Source: a candidate division FCPU426 bacterium
Lineage (GTDB): Bacteria > Oederibacteriota > PGYV01 > Palsa-1178
Direction of reading: 5' to 3'
DNA length: 64,000 bases
Assembly (NCBI GenBank): GCA_963840035.1
Contig: CAWIXE010000003.1
Coordinates: 160,001 to 224,000 of the forward strand
Positions 9,450-18,559 of this stretch are shown piece by piece. The notes below the pieces were generated by a model. It ran no database searches. It was not told the origin of the DNA and saw only the letters and a list, made by a program, of their open reading frames with translations. The translations under genes were made by a program, and so were the position numbers. Numbering within the stretch: the first letter of the stretch is position 1; each line of letters begins with the position of its first letter.

Positions 9450-11225
9450 ATGAATGACTCAAAAAAACTCGGGGAGATTCTGCTGGAAGAAGGCATGATC
9501 ACCGAGGAACAGCTTGAAAAGGCCATAGCCGAACAGTTAAAGTCATATGACTCCCTCGGGGTCATACTGATAAAGCTCGGTTTCATAACAGAGGATGTGC
9601 TTTACCACTTCCTTGCCATGCAGTACAGCGTGAAGTTTGTCGATGTCGGCATACTTTCGCTTGATGAGGATACGATTAAAACCATATCCGGCGATACGGC
9701 AAGAAAATACAACATCATCCCAATTGAAAAAAAACCCGGAAAAATAATATTTGCCACAACCAACCTGGAAAACCCGGCCTTGCAGGTCAGCCTGAAATAT
9801 GACGTTCCTGATTCAAAGGACCATGATTTCAGCTACGTTTTAACCACTCAGGTTGCGCTTAATGAAACGATTGAAAAGTACTACCCGATAGACAGCGTGG
9901 TCAATGAGGCTTTAAAAGCAATCGAAGGGTCGAGCGAAAATTTAGAAATAGAAATTATGGAGGATAAGAAAGCCAAGGATGACGAAGCCGAAGAGGGCGA
10001 CATAGAGGGCGCCGGTTCGCCGGTGGTGCGTTTTGTCAACCTGATGATAGAAGAAGCTGTGAAAAAGAAAGCCTCGGATATACATGTTAATTTTTATGAA
10101 AAAAAGATAGTGCTGCGCTACAGGATAGACGGCTCACTTGTTGAGATGCCGCCGCCGCCTGTAATGTATAAAAGGGCGCTTATATCCAGGATGAAGCTGA
10201 TATCAGGGCTTAATATCATCGAAAGAAGGATGCCGCAGGACGGAAGGATACATTATAAACTTCCCGGCAATGACAATAAAGTAATAGACCTCCGAGTTTC
10301 CACACTGCCTTCAATATGGGGGGAAAACATAGTAATGAGGCTTTTATATTCAGAGTCACAGAACCTTGACCTGGCAAAACTCGGGCTTTCCGAAAAACAG
10401 CTCGCAATCATAGACCACGCGCTGGCCGCGCCGTATGGCATGGTCCTTATAACAGGTCCTACAGGCTCGGGTAAATCAACCACGCTGTATTCCATGATAT
10501 CCAGGATAAATAACCCGGACACGAATATCATGACCGCGGAAGACCCCGTCGAGTACAGGCTTCCGCATCTTATACAGGTGCAGATAAACCCTGTAGCAGG
10601 GTTGACATTCCCGAACGTACTCCGGTCTTTCTTAAGGCAGGACCCCGACATCATACTTGTTGGAGAAATCCGCGACGGTGAGACGGCTTCCATAGCCGTC
10701 AAATCAGCTTTGACAGGCCACCTTGTGCTCTCCACGCTCCATACAAACGACGCGCCTTCCACCATAATCAGGCTCGTGGATATGGGAATAGACCCCATAT
10801 ATGTAGGTTCGTCGGTTGTCATGGTCATCGCGCAGAAACTTGTCAGAAAAATATGCTCGCAGTGCAGCGAACCGATAAAAGAAATTGACCTGGTGAAGGC
10901 AAAAAAAGGCGGAATACCGGTGGAGCTGCTTGAGGGAGGGACGTTCTTTGAAGGCAAGGGATGCCCGACCTGCAACTACACGGGCTATAAAGGAAGGATG
11001 GCAGCTTACGAGATAATGCCGATAAATACCGCCATCCGTGATATCATATTCAAGCACGGCACATTAAACGACGTAAAAAGGGCGGCCTGGGAACAGGGTT
11101 TAACCACCATCAGGGAATCCGCCATCCGCATATTAAAGGAAGGTAAGACAACGCTTGAAGAAGTGCTTGCGGAAACACTGCAGGATAAGCCGCTGAAGGA
11201 TTTTTTAGACAGGATAAAGTTATAA
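9450..11225 (+). CDS. pilB: Type IV pilus/T2SS assembly ATPase (PilB/GspE) with MshEN domain, paralog 2
   Basis: KLGEILLEEG, GPTGSGKS, EDPVE, GEIRD, GHLVLSTLHTND, tetracysteine motif. Confidence 0.92.
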   Translation: MNDSKKLGEILLEEGMITEEQLEKAIAEQLKSYDSLGVILIKLGFITEDVLYHFLAMQYSVKFVDVGILSLDEDTIKTISGDTARKYNIIPIEKKPGKIIFATTNLENPALQVSLKYDVPDSKDHDFSYVLTTQVALNETIEKYYPIDSVVNEALKAIEGSSENLEIEIMEDKKAKDDEAEEGDIEGAGSPVVRFVNLMIEEAVKKKASDIHVNFYEKKIVLRYRIDGSLVEMPPPPVMYKRALISRMKLISGLNIIERRMPQDGRIHYKLPGNDNKVIDLRVSTLPSIWGENIVMRLLYSESQNLDLAKLGLSEKQLAIIDHALAAPYGMVLITGPTGSGKSTTLYSMISRINNPDTNIMTAEDPVEYRLPHLIQVQINPVAGLTFPNVLRSFLRQDPDIILVGEIRDGETASIAVKSALTGHLVLSTLHTNDAPSTIIRLVDMGIDPIYVGSSVVMVIAQKLVRKICSQCSEPIKEIDLVKAKKGGIPVELLEGGTFFEGKGCPTCNYTGYKGRMAAYEIMPINTAIRDIIFKHGTLNDVKRAAWEQGLTTIRESAIRILKEGKTTLEEVLAETLQDKPLKDFLDRIKL

Positions 11226-11254
11226 CCTTAAATGTAAAGCAATATAAAATACCT

Positions 11255-11278
11255 GCCGCCGGTTACGGGCGGTTTTTG
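11255..11278 (+). terminator. Probable intrinsic terminator after the second pilB
   Basis: gccgcc-ggttacg-ggcggt followed by a T run. Confidence 0.55.
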
Positions 11279-11321
11279 ATGATTAAATATATACAAAAAA
11301 ACATATGAACAGGAGAAGAAG

Positions 11322-12530
11322 ATGACACAGGAAAAGGAAGATTTATTCAAGGAAGCAAAGAGTTTTTTCCAGGTTTTTGAGCCCAAGGGCGAAATAATAA
11401 GCGGGGTAAAAGTGCCCGGCAGCGTCCAGATAATAGGCGAGGTTTTTGAGCAGAATAAAGGTTCCATCATCGCAGGAAATTTAAATAAAAGCGCATACCT
11501 TATGGCGCAAAAACGGAAAGAGGGCGACAGGTCGCTGAACTTTTATTCCCAGAGGTATGATGAAAAGATCAGGCTTTCATTGAACGCGCCGGAGCGCAGG
11601 GACGAAAGCGGCTGGGCTTATTTTATGGCGAGCACGTTTTTTATGCTGGAAGGGGTATCGAAAAAAGTCGTGGGCATGAACATATACATAGACAACCGCA
11701 TTCCCGACTTTTTTAACGCGAATTCCATGGAGGCCCTTGAAGCGGGCGCCGCGAATATCGCCATGAAATTCTCCGACTGGAACATGGACGGGGTGGAGAT
11801 AGCGAAAATATGCGCCGAAGGCGAGAAGAAATTTATGAGCAAGGAAAGCCACTTTGTAAAATATATCCCCATGCTGGTAGGCGAAAAAGGCACGGTTACG
11901 TTCTTTGACGTGGCCGCAGGCACGAACGAGAATGTCAAGGCTGATTTTGGCGGGCTGACGTTCATGGTGATGAGCTCTGGGTTAAAGAAGAAGAACACCG
12001 AAGAAAAACGCAGGAAAGTATTCCAGGAAGTGGCCGGGGCCATAGACATAATGAGGAAAAACGGCGGAAACATAGATTCGCTGGACCAGCTGACCATGGA
12101 AAAGTTCGACAATTTCAGGCCAAAGCTTTCGCTTGAGCAGAAAAAACGCTGCGCATTTTTTATATCGGAAAATGACAGGGCAAAAGCGGGTAAAGCCGCG
12201 CTGGCTAAAGGCGACATAAAGGCTTTTGTTGAGATAATAAACGAATCACAGAACAGCATAAAGACCCGCCTTGAGCTCGTCCTGGAAGAAAATGAGATTC
12301 TGGTGGATATGATTATGGATACGGAAGGCGTGAAAGCAGCCAGGATGCTGAACATGGGCACAGACGGTTCCGTGCTCGTGGTGGTTGAAAAGGACAAAAA
12401 AGCCGCCGCCGAATCAAAGATCAAGAAGACATTCATAAACAGGACAGGGCTTGAGCTTACAACAGAGATAATTAATCCGGAAAACGAGATCGAGGAATAC
12501 TCGATCGACGTCTCGGATTTTAAGAAGTGA
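11322..12530 (+). CDS. Galactokinase-like GHMP-fold protein with degenerate catalytic motifs
   Basis: PGSVQIIGE (cf. PGRVNLIGEH), KRCAFFISENDR, INESQNS, AARML. The ATP loop and catalytic Asp motifs are altered. Confidence 0.75.
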   Translation: MTQEKEDLFKEAKSFFQVFEPKGEIISGVKVPGSVQIIGEVFEQNKGSIIAGNLNKSAYLMAQKRKEGDRSLNFYSQRYDEKIRLSLNAPERRDESGWAYFMASTFFMLEGVSKKVVGMNIYIDNRIPDFFNANSMEALEAGAANIAMKFSDWNMDGVEIAKICAEGEKKFMSKESHFVKYIPMLVGEKGTVTFFDVAAGTNENVKADFGGLTFMVMSSGLKKKNTEEKRRKVFQEVAGAIDIMRKNGGNIDSLDQLTMEKFDNFRPKLSLEQKKRCAFFISENDRAKAGKAALAKGDIKAFVEIINESQNSIKTRLELVLEENEILVDMIMDTEGVKAARMLNMGTDGSVLVVVEKDKKAAAESKIKKTFINRTGLELTTEIINPENEIEEYSIDVSDFKK

Positions 12531-12531
12531 G

Positions 12532-13803
12532 ATGAAGATAAGTTTTCTCACCTACGGGTGCAAGGTAAACCAGTACGAGACCGAGCTGATCAGGCAGATG
12601 TTTTTAAAGACCGGCGGATTTACCGAGGCCGCTTCCGTTGACGAAGCTGAGGTGTGCCTGGTAAATACCTGCACCGTGACAGGCAAGATTGACACGGAAA
12701 TAAACCGCAGGTTAAGGCAGCTCAAGGAAAAACCGGGCAGAAAAGTCATCTTAACCGGCTGCCTGGTGGAACGCAAAGACCTTGATAAAACAGGCCTTGC
12801 CGCGGACTGGATAATCCCTAACAGCGACAAATTTAATCTGTCCGGATACCCGCCTGAAATAATCAGTTCGCCGACTGCCGCATATGAGTCCGTCCTTGAA
12901 GGCTTTTCCGGAAGGAATAAGTCTTTTGTAAAAGTTGAGGACGGCTGCGACAGGTTTTGCGCGTACTGCACTGTGCCGCTTGTCAGGGGTTCTAAAATAA
13001 AATCCAGGGATTCCGCGGAGATAATAAAAGAGATAGAAAAACTTACTGCCGCCGGGTTTAAGGAACATATCTTAACGGGCGTAAACCTCGGCCTTTTCGG
13101 AAAGGATTTATCCGAAAAAAACGCGCTTTACAGCCTTCTTGAAACGATCGTAAAACTGCCGGGAAAATTCCGCGTGCGTTTAAGTTCCATCAGCCCGTAT
13201 GACCTTGACGACAGTGTCATAGACTTAACAGCCGCAAATCCCGAAAGGATATGCCCGCACTTCCACCTGTCCATGCAGAGCGGCGACGACGCCGTCTTAA
13301 AAAGGATGAACAGGAATTATGATACCGCCTTTTACCGCAAGAAAGTAGCATACATAACGGACAGGATTAAGTTCCCGGGAATTACCACGGATGTCATAGC
13401 CGGATTTCCCGGTGAGACCGATAAGGAATTTACAAACACCCATGAATTTATAAAATCGCTGCCTTTTTCCAGGCTGCATGTATTCCCTTATTCGGACAGG
13501 CCCGGAACCAAGGCCACAGCCATGAAGGATAAAATAAGCGACGAGACGAAAAAAGCAAGGGTCAAAAAACTCATAGAAACCGCGAAGGAGAAAGAACTTG
13601 GCTTCGCTCAGGCCCAGGTGGGTATGCCGCTTAAGGCGCTTATTGAAGAAACGGAAAAAAAGGGATGGCTTTTTGGATACACACAGAACTATATAAGGGT
13701 GGCCATAAAAGACAGATCCAAAGCGCGTAAGATGATAAATGACATGGCGGATGTAAAAATAGTGAAAGCCGGAAGCGACATGATAACGGCGGAGTTGTTG
13801 TAG
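12532..13803 (+). CDS. mtaB: tRNA t6A37 methylthiotransferase MtaB
   Basis: GCKVNQYE, NTCTVT, radical SAM CDRFCAYC, C-terminal TRAM-like region. Confidence 0.92.
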   Translation: MKISFLTYGCKVNQYETELIRQMFLKTGGFTEAASVDEAEVCLVNTCTVTGKIDTEINRRLRQLKEKPGRKVILTGCLVERKDLDKTGLAADWIIPNSDKFNLSGYPPEIISSPTAAYESVLEGFSGRNKSFVKVEDGCDRFCAYCTVPLVRGSKIKSRDSAEIIKEIEKLTAAGFKEHILTGVNLGLFGKDLSEKNALYSLLETIVKLPGKFRVRLSSISPYDLDDSVIDLTAANPERICPHFHLSMQSGDDAVLKRMNRNYDTAFYRKKVAYITDRIKFPGITTDVIAGFPGETDKEFTNTHEFIKSLPFSRLHVFPYSDRPGTKATAMKDKISDETKKARVKKLIETAKEKELGFAQAQVGMPLKALIEETEKKGWLFGYTQNYIRVAIKDRSKARKMINDMADVKIVKAGSDMITAELL

Positions 13804-13834
13804 TTCGGATTATTGCGGCCGGTCAAATGGTTTT

Positions 13835-13919
13835 GGTAGCCGCAACCTTTAGGTTGCGATAGGCCGGTTGTTGTAATAAGAATTTGTTGTTGTAGGGGCG
13901 ATTCATGAATCGCCCCTAC
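13835..13919. repeat. Two GTAG-family REP palindromes
   Basis: ggtagccgcaacctttaggttgcg and the perfect gtaggggcgattcatgaatcgcccctac. Confidence 0.75.
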
Positions 13920-13955
13920 GAAGGCATTAATAAACTAGTTGTGAGGTGGAACCCG

Positions 13956-14303
13956 ATGAACAGCGATTGCCTTTTCTGCAAAATACTTGACAAAAAGATA
14001 CCCTCAAAGCCTGTTTATGAGGATGAGCTTGTTTACGCTTTTGACGACATAAACCCCCAGGCGCCCATGCATGTGCTTATTGTACCGAAAAAACATATAC
14101 CGACCTTAAATGACGTGATGCCGGAAGACGCGAAATACATATCCGCGATGATGCAGGCCGCGAAGAAGATAGCGAAAGAACGCGGCTGCGATGAAAAAGG
14201 GTACAGGACGGTATTTAACGTAAATAAGGACGCGGGACAGGTGGTTTTTCACCTGCACCTGCATGTAATGGGAGGAAGGCTGTTTGCGTGGCCTCCGGGT
14301 TAA
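13956..14303 (+). CDS. hinT: Histidine triad nucleotide-binding protein
   Basis: DCLFCKI, GQVVFHLHLH, WPPG C-terminus. Start set at ATG 13956 after gaggtgg. Confidence 0.92.
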   Translation: MNSDCLFCKILDKKIPSKPVYEDELVYAFDDINPQAPMHVLIVPKKHIPTLNDVMPEDAKYISAMMQAAKKIAKERGCDEKGYRTVFNVNKDAGQVVFHLHLHVMGGRLFAWPPG

Positions 14304-14418
14304 ACTGAAAACTTAAAGCTGAAAACTGAAAGTTGATGCAAAAACAATCAAACAATTCGGTTCGTTTTTGATCCAGCTTTCAGTTTTAAGTTTTAAACTT
14401 TAAGCTAAAAGGAGTCTT

Positions 14419-15570
14419 ATGACCGTTGTCCCACGTTGTCCCGTGTTCGGTACCTGTGGCGGATGCGCCAGCCAGGATGTGGAATATGAAAAACAGCTAC
14501 AGGCCAAGAAGGATGGAATCATAGATTGCTTTAAAAAAAAGGGTATAGAAATCAGCCCGGCTGTTAATGTTTTTTCAAAGGATGAATATTTCTACCGTAA
14601 CAGGATGGACTTTCCTTTCAGTAAAGACGGTCCCGGACAGCGCATGAAAGCAAGGTTTGATAAATTGGTACATTTTGAAAGGTGTTACCTTTCAAATAAC
14701 GGCATTAACATTGTTTTTGACGAGGTTCAGGCTTGGTTTGACGCTAACAGGGATAAGCTGGATATTTTTGACGTGGTGGAAAGGCAGGGCACCCTGCGGT
14801 ACGCGACCATAAGGGCCGGCTATTATTCCGGCGAAAGTTCTGTTACATTTATCCTTAACAGCAATTCCGGACGGATAGATGAGCAGAAGGCGCTTATAGA
14901 GGCGTTTGCCGCCGGTTCTAAGGTTAAAAACGTGTTGTTAGGTCTTGTAAAATACAACACTGACAGGAGTGCGGTTCCGGACGCGGTTGTCATTAAAGGC
15001 TCAGCTGTAATATCCGAGAAGCTCGGGCCATTTAATTTCAATTTTCATACCCAGGGTTTTTTCCAGTCCAATTCCGCTGTTTTCATGGATATACTCTTTT
15101 TCATAAGGGAGAGGATAAAACTTCCATATGACGTTCTTATAGACCTCTACGGAGGCGCAGGCACTATCGGCATAGCCTTAAGCGACGCAGCAAGGGAAGT
15201 ATATATTGTAGACAATAATAATTTAAATACAGTCTGCGCTGAAAAAAATATCAGGACAAATAGGGTTGAAAATGTTAAAGTATTCGACGCTGACGCGGAA
15301 AAAACTGCCGAACTTGGCATAAATGCCGGGGGAAAGCGGACAATACTTGTGCTGGATCCGCCGAGGAACGGCATACACAGGAAGGTCCACACATACATTA
15401 ATAACATCAAGCCGGAAAAGATATTTTACGTCTCCTGCAATTATAAAAGCCAGGCGGATGATTTAAAGCTGCTTTTAAAAACATATGACCTGAAGGATTT
15501 CGGCATTTTTGACATGTTCCCGCAGACGGGGCACGTGGAGACGGTTGCGGAGTTGGAAATAATAAAATAA
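14419..15570 (+). CDS. RNA uracil-C5 methyltransferase (RlmD/TrmA family)
   Basis: CPVFGTCGGC, FFQSN, DPPRNG, YVSCN, DMFPQTGHVE. Confidence 0.9.
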   Translation: MTVVPRCPVFGTCGGCASQDVEYEKQLQAKKDGIIDCFKKKGIEISPAVNVFSKDEYFYRNRMDFPFSKDGPGQRMKARFDKLVHFERCYLSNNGINIVFDEVQAWFDANRDKLDIFDVVERQGTLRYATIRAGYYSGESSVTFILNSNSGRIDEQKALIEAFAAGSKVKNVLLGLVKYNTDRSAVPDAVVIKGSAVISEKLGPFNFNFHTQGFFQSNSAVFMDILFFIRERIKLPYDVLIDLYGGAGTIGIALSDAAREVYIVDNNNLNTVCAEKNIRTNRVENVKVFDADAEKTAELGINAGGKRTILVLDPPRNGIHRKVHTYINNIKPEKIFYVSCNYKSQADDLKLLLKTYDLKDFGIFDMFPQTGHVETVAELEIIK

Positions 15571-15651
15571 GGCGTTCGGAGTTATGGGTTCGGTGTTCGA
15601 AGTTTTATCAACTTCGAACTTCGAACTCCGAACGCTATAAAAGGAGAAACT

Positions 15652-16650
15652 ATGGGATTATTAAACAATTGGAAAACGGTATTGGAAACAGGCAACCTCC
15701 CGCCGGGCGCGAAAATGGACTGGCTCAGCAAATGGCTGCTTTTGACCAGGGCGGAAGTGTTTACCATGACAGTGACTTCCGCGCTTGTTGGCGCGATTAT
15801 CGCGCTTGCTGACGGCAAGTATAATATCCTGGATACCATAATAGTGATTGTCGCGCTGTGCCTGGCGCACGCGGCGAACAACCTTATAAATGATTACTTT
15901 GATTTTAAGCAGGGTCTTGATACGCCTGACTATGAGAGGACGCAGTACGCGCCGCACCCGCTGGCGTCAAAAATGATATCGGAGAAAAAACTGCTTGGGG
16001 TTTTCGCGGCCTTCAGTATTATTGAACTGGCTGCGGCTATTTACCTCTTCACCAAAACAGGCTGGCCGGTCATGGCCTTTGCCGTTGCAGGGTTTTTAAT
16101 AAGCGTCTTTTACGTCGCGCCGCCGCTGAAATTCAAGTACCGCGGCCTGGGTGAAATTGCCATATTCCTGATATGGGGGCCGCTAATTACAGTGGGCACC
16201 TATTACGTTATTACGCAAACCATGCCTTTGCACGCGTGGCTGTTATCAATTCCTTACGGGCTTGTGGTCATGAACGTGGTCCTGGGAAAACACCTGGATA
16301 AATACGCGAAGGATAAGGAAAAGGGAGTTAAAACCCTTCCCGTAGTGCTCGGTTGGGAAAATGCCATAATGTTCACAAGGATAAACACGGCAATGTTCTA
16401 TATATCGGTAATTGCCCTGGTATTTTTTAAACTTGTGACGCCCTTTGCCCTCCTGTGCTTTTTTTCTATAGGAAGGTTCAAAAAATTCATGGACATCCTC
16501 TCAACCAAAAAACCCGAAACAAAACCGGAAGGGTTTCTGGAACTGTGGCCGCTGTGGTACGTGGTATGGGCATTCTGGTTCAATAAGCTGGCAGGCGGAT
16601 TGTTTATAGCGGGCCTGGTGCTGGGCTGCATACCGTGGTTAAAGTTCTAA
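15652..16650 (+). CDS. menA: UbiA/MenA-family prenyltransferase
   Basis: NLINDYFDFKQGLD, YRGLGE, DKEKGVKTL, multiple TM segments. Confidence 0.75.
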   Translation: MGLLNNWKTVLETGNLPPGAKMDWLSKWLLLTRAEVFTMTVTSALVGAIIALADGKYNILDTIIVIVALCLAHAANNLINDYFDFKQGLDTPDYERTQYAPHPLASKMISEKKLLGVFAAFSIIELAAAIYLFTKTGWPVMAFAVAGFLISVFYVAPPLKFKYRGLGEIAIFLIWGPLITVGTYYVITQTMPLHAWLLSIPYGLVVMNVVLGKHLDKYAKDKEKGVKTLPVVLGWENAIMFTRINTAMFYISVIALVFFKLVTPFALLCFFSIGRFKKFMDILSTKKPETKPEGFLELWPLWYVVWAFWFNKLAGGLFIAGLVLGCIPWLKF

Positions 16651-16687
16651 ACAAACGCGATTACCGGCCGGGGACAAAGGCAGTTTC

Positions 16688-18559
16688 TTATGTTTTAATA
16701 CCGAGAAACTGCGCATTATAGAGTTCAGTGTAGAAGCCCTTTTCTTTAAGAAGCCCTTCATGTTTTCCTTTTTCGACTATCCTGCCATTGTTCATGACAA
16801 GTATTAATTCGGCGTCCTTTATGGTTGAAAGCCTGTGCGCTATCACAAAACTGGTCCTGCCTTTCATGAGTTCCAGCATTGCGTGCTGTATGAGCAGTTC
16901 CGTCCTTGTATCCACGCTGCTTGTGGCTTCGTCAAGTATAAGCATGGGCGGGGAGGCAAGTATTGCGCGCGCTATGGTGATGAGCTGTTTTTCGCCCTGG
17001 GAAATATTGGATGCCTCCTCATTGAGCAGGGTATTGTAACCCTCCGGAAGCGACCTGATGAAATGGTCAGCCCTGGCTATTTTCGCGGATTCAATGATAT
17101 CGTTTTCCGTGGCGCCGGGTTTGCCGTAAGCGATGTTTTCCCTTATAGTCCCGCTAAACAGCCAGGAATCCTGCAGCACCATGCCGAACATGCGGCGCAG
17201 GCTGCCGCGTTTCATGGATGAGATGTCAGCGCCGTCCACGCGTATTTTGCCGGACATCAAGTCGTAAAATCTCATAAGAAGGTTGACCAGCGTTGTTTTT
17301 CCCGCGCCGGTCGGGCCTACAATAGCTATGGTATGGCCGGGTTTTACGTCAAGGTCAAGGCCGTCAAAGAGTATTTTGTCTGCGGAATACCCGAACTTTA
17401 TATTTTCAAATGATACGGACCCGCGCGGTTTTTCCGGCGCATCAGGAAGGGCCGCGTCAGAAGGTTCTTCATCCTGGTTTAAGACCTCAAATATGCGCTC
17501 TGCCGAAGCAACCGCCGACTGCAGGGTGTTTATCATGCTGGCGCTTTGCGCCACGGGCTGGGTGAACATCCTGATGTACTGTATGAAAGCCTGTACGTCG
17601 CCGATCTCCATGGTCTTTTTTGCTGTCATAATGCCGCCCGCCACGCACACGGCAACGTAACCGAGGTTGTTTATAAAATTCATCACCGGGAATATGAAAC
17701 CTGATATGAACTGGGCCTTCCAGCCTGCGGCGTAAAGCCTGCTGTTTATTTCGTCAAACCTTTCAAGTGATTTTTTTTCATAGCAGAACGCGCGGACTAT
17801 AACCTGGCCCGAGAGCATTTCCTCAACATGGCTGTTCAGCTCGCCAAGGGATTTCTGCTGGGATACGTAATATTTCTGGGATTTTTTGGCAATGAACATG
17901 GTAAATCCGAATGAAAGCGGAAGGGTTATAATGGTGATGAGCGTAAGCAGCGGGCTTATGATGAGCATCATCACAACCGCGCCGATAATGCCGGTGAGGG
18001 CGCCCAAAAGCTGCGGTAGGCCCTGCTGAAGCGCATTGTTTACGTTATCGGAATCATTGGTTATCCTGCTCATGAGCTCGCCGTGCGTGTGTGTGTCAAA
18101 ATATTTTAACGGCAATCTTTCCAGTTTATTATCCAGGTCTTTGCGAAGTGTGTAAACTATTTTATTGGAGGCGCGGGAAAGTGACATCTGGGAGAAATAT
18201 GTAAAAACAGAGCTCAACAAGTAAAGTACGGCTAGGATTGATATCATCCTGGCGATATAGGACATGTCCATGGCAGACCCGCCTGATACGGACCTGAACA
18301 TGGAGTTTATGGCAAGGCCTATAAGCTTGGGCGCCGCGGTGGAAATGGCGGTGCTGAGCAAAATAAAAATGGCTGAAAGTATGAGCGTTGACGTGTAGGG
18401 TTTTAAATATCCAAACAGCCTTTTTAAAGTGCCCTTAAAATCTTTTGCTTTTTCCACGGGTCTTCCGAGGGCGCCCATGGGTCCACCGTGCCCGCCGCTT
18501 CCCGACCTCATCATGCCGGGCCTTACCACAGGCTGTGACGTGTTCTTTTTATCGCTCAT
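16688..18559 (-). CDS. ABC exporter half-transporter (TM288-like, consensus catalytic site)
   Basis: GPTGAGKT, ISQGEKQ, LILDEATSSVD, AHRLST. Start moved to ATG 18559 (MSDKK). Confidence 0.92.
   Translation of the reverse strand: MSDKKNTSQPVVRPGMMRSGSGGHGGPMGALGRPVEKAKDFKGTLKRLFGYLKPYTSTLILSAIFILLSTAISTAAPKLIGLAINSMFRSVSGGSAMDMSYIARMISILAVLYLLSSVFTYFSQMSLSRASNKIVYTLRKDLDNKLERLPLKYFDTHTHGELMSRITNDSDNVNNALQQGLPQLLGALTGIIGAVVMMLIISPLLTLITIITLPLSFGFTMFIAKKSQKYYVSQQKSLGELNSHVEEMLSGQVIVRAFCYEKKSLERFDEINSRLYAAGWKAQFISGFIFPVMNFINNLGYVAVCVAGGIMTAKKTMEIGDVQAFIQYIRMFTQPVAQSASMINTLQSAVASAERIFEVLNQDEEPSDAALPDAPEKPRGSVSFENIKFGYSADKILFDGLDLDVKPGHTIAIVGPTGAGKTTLVNLLMRFYDLMSGKIRVDGADISSMKRGSLRRMFGMVLQDSWLFSGTIRENIAYGKPGATENDIIESAKIARADHFIRSLPEGYNTLLNEEASNISQGEKQLITIARAILASPPMLILDEATSSVDTRTELLIQHAMLELMKGRTSFVIAHRLSTIKDAELILVMNNGRIVEKGKHEGLLKEKGFYTELYNAQFLGIKT

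Noticed and set aside
10253..12436. Long antisense ORFs 10253-10975 and 11618-12436 (and similar shadows such as 19280-19906 and 35901-36470)
   Set aside because: They are antisense shadows of well-supported genes caused by codon bias.
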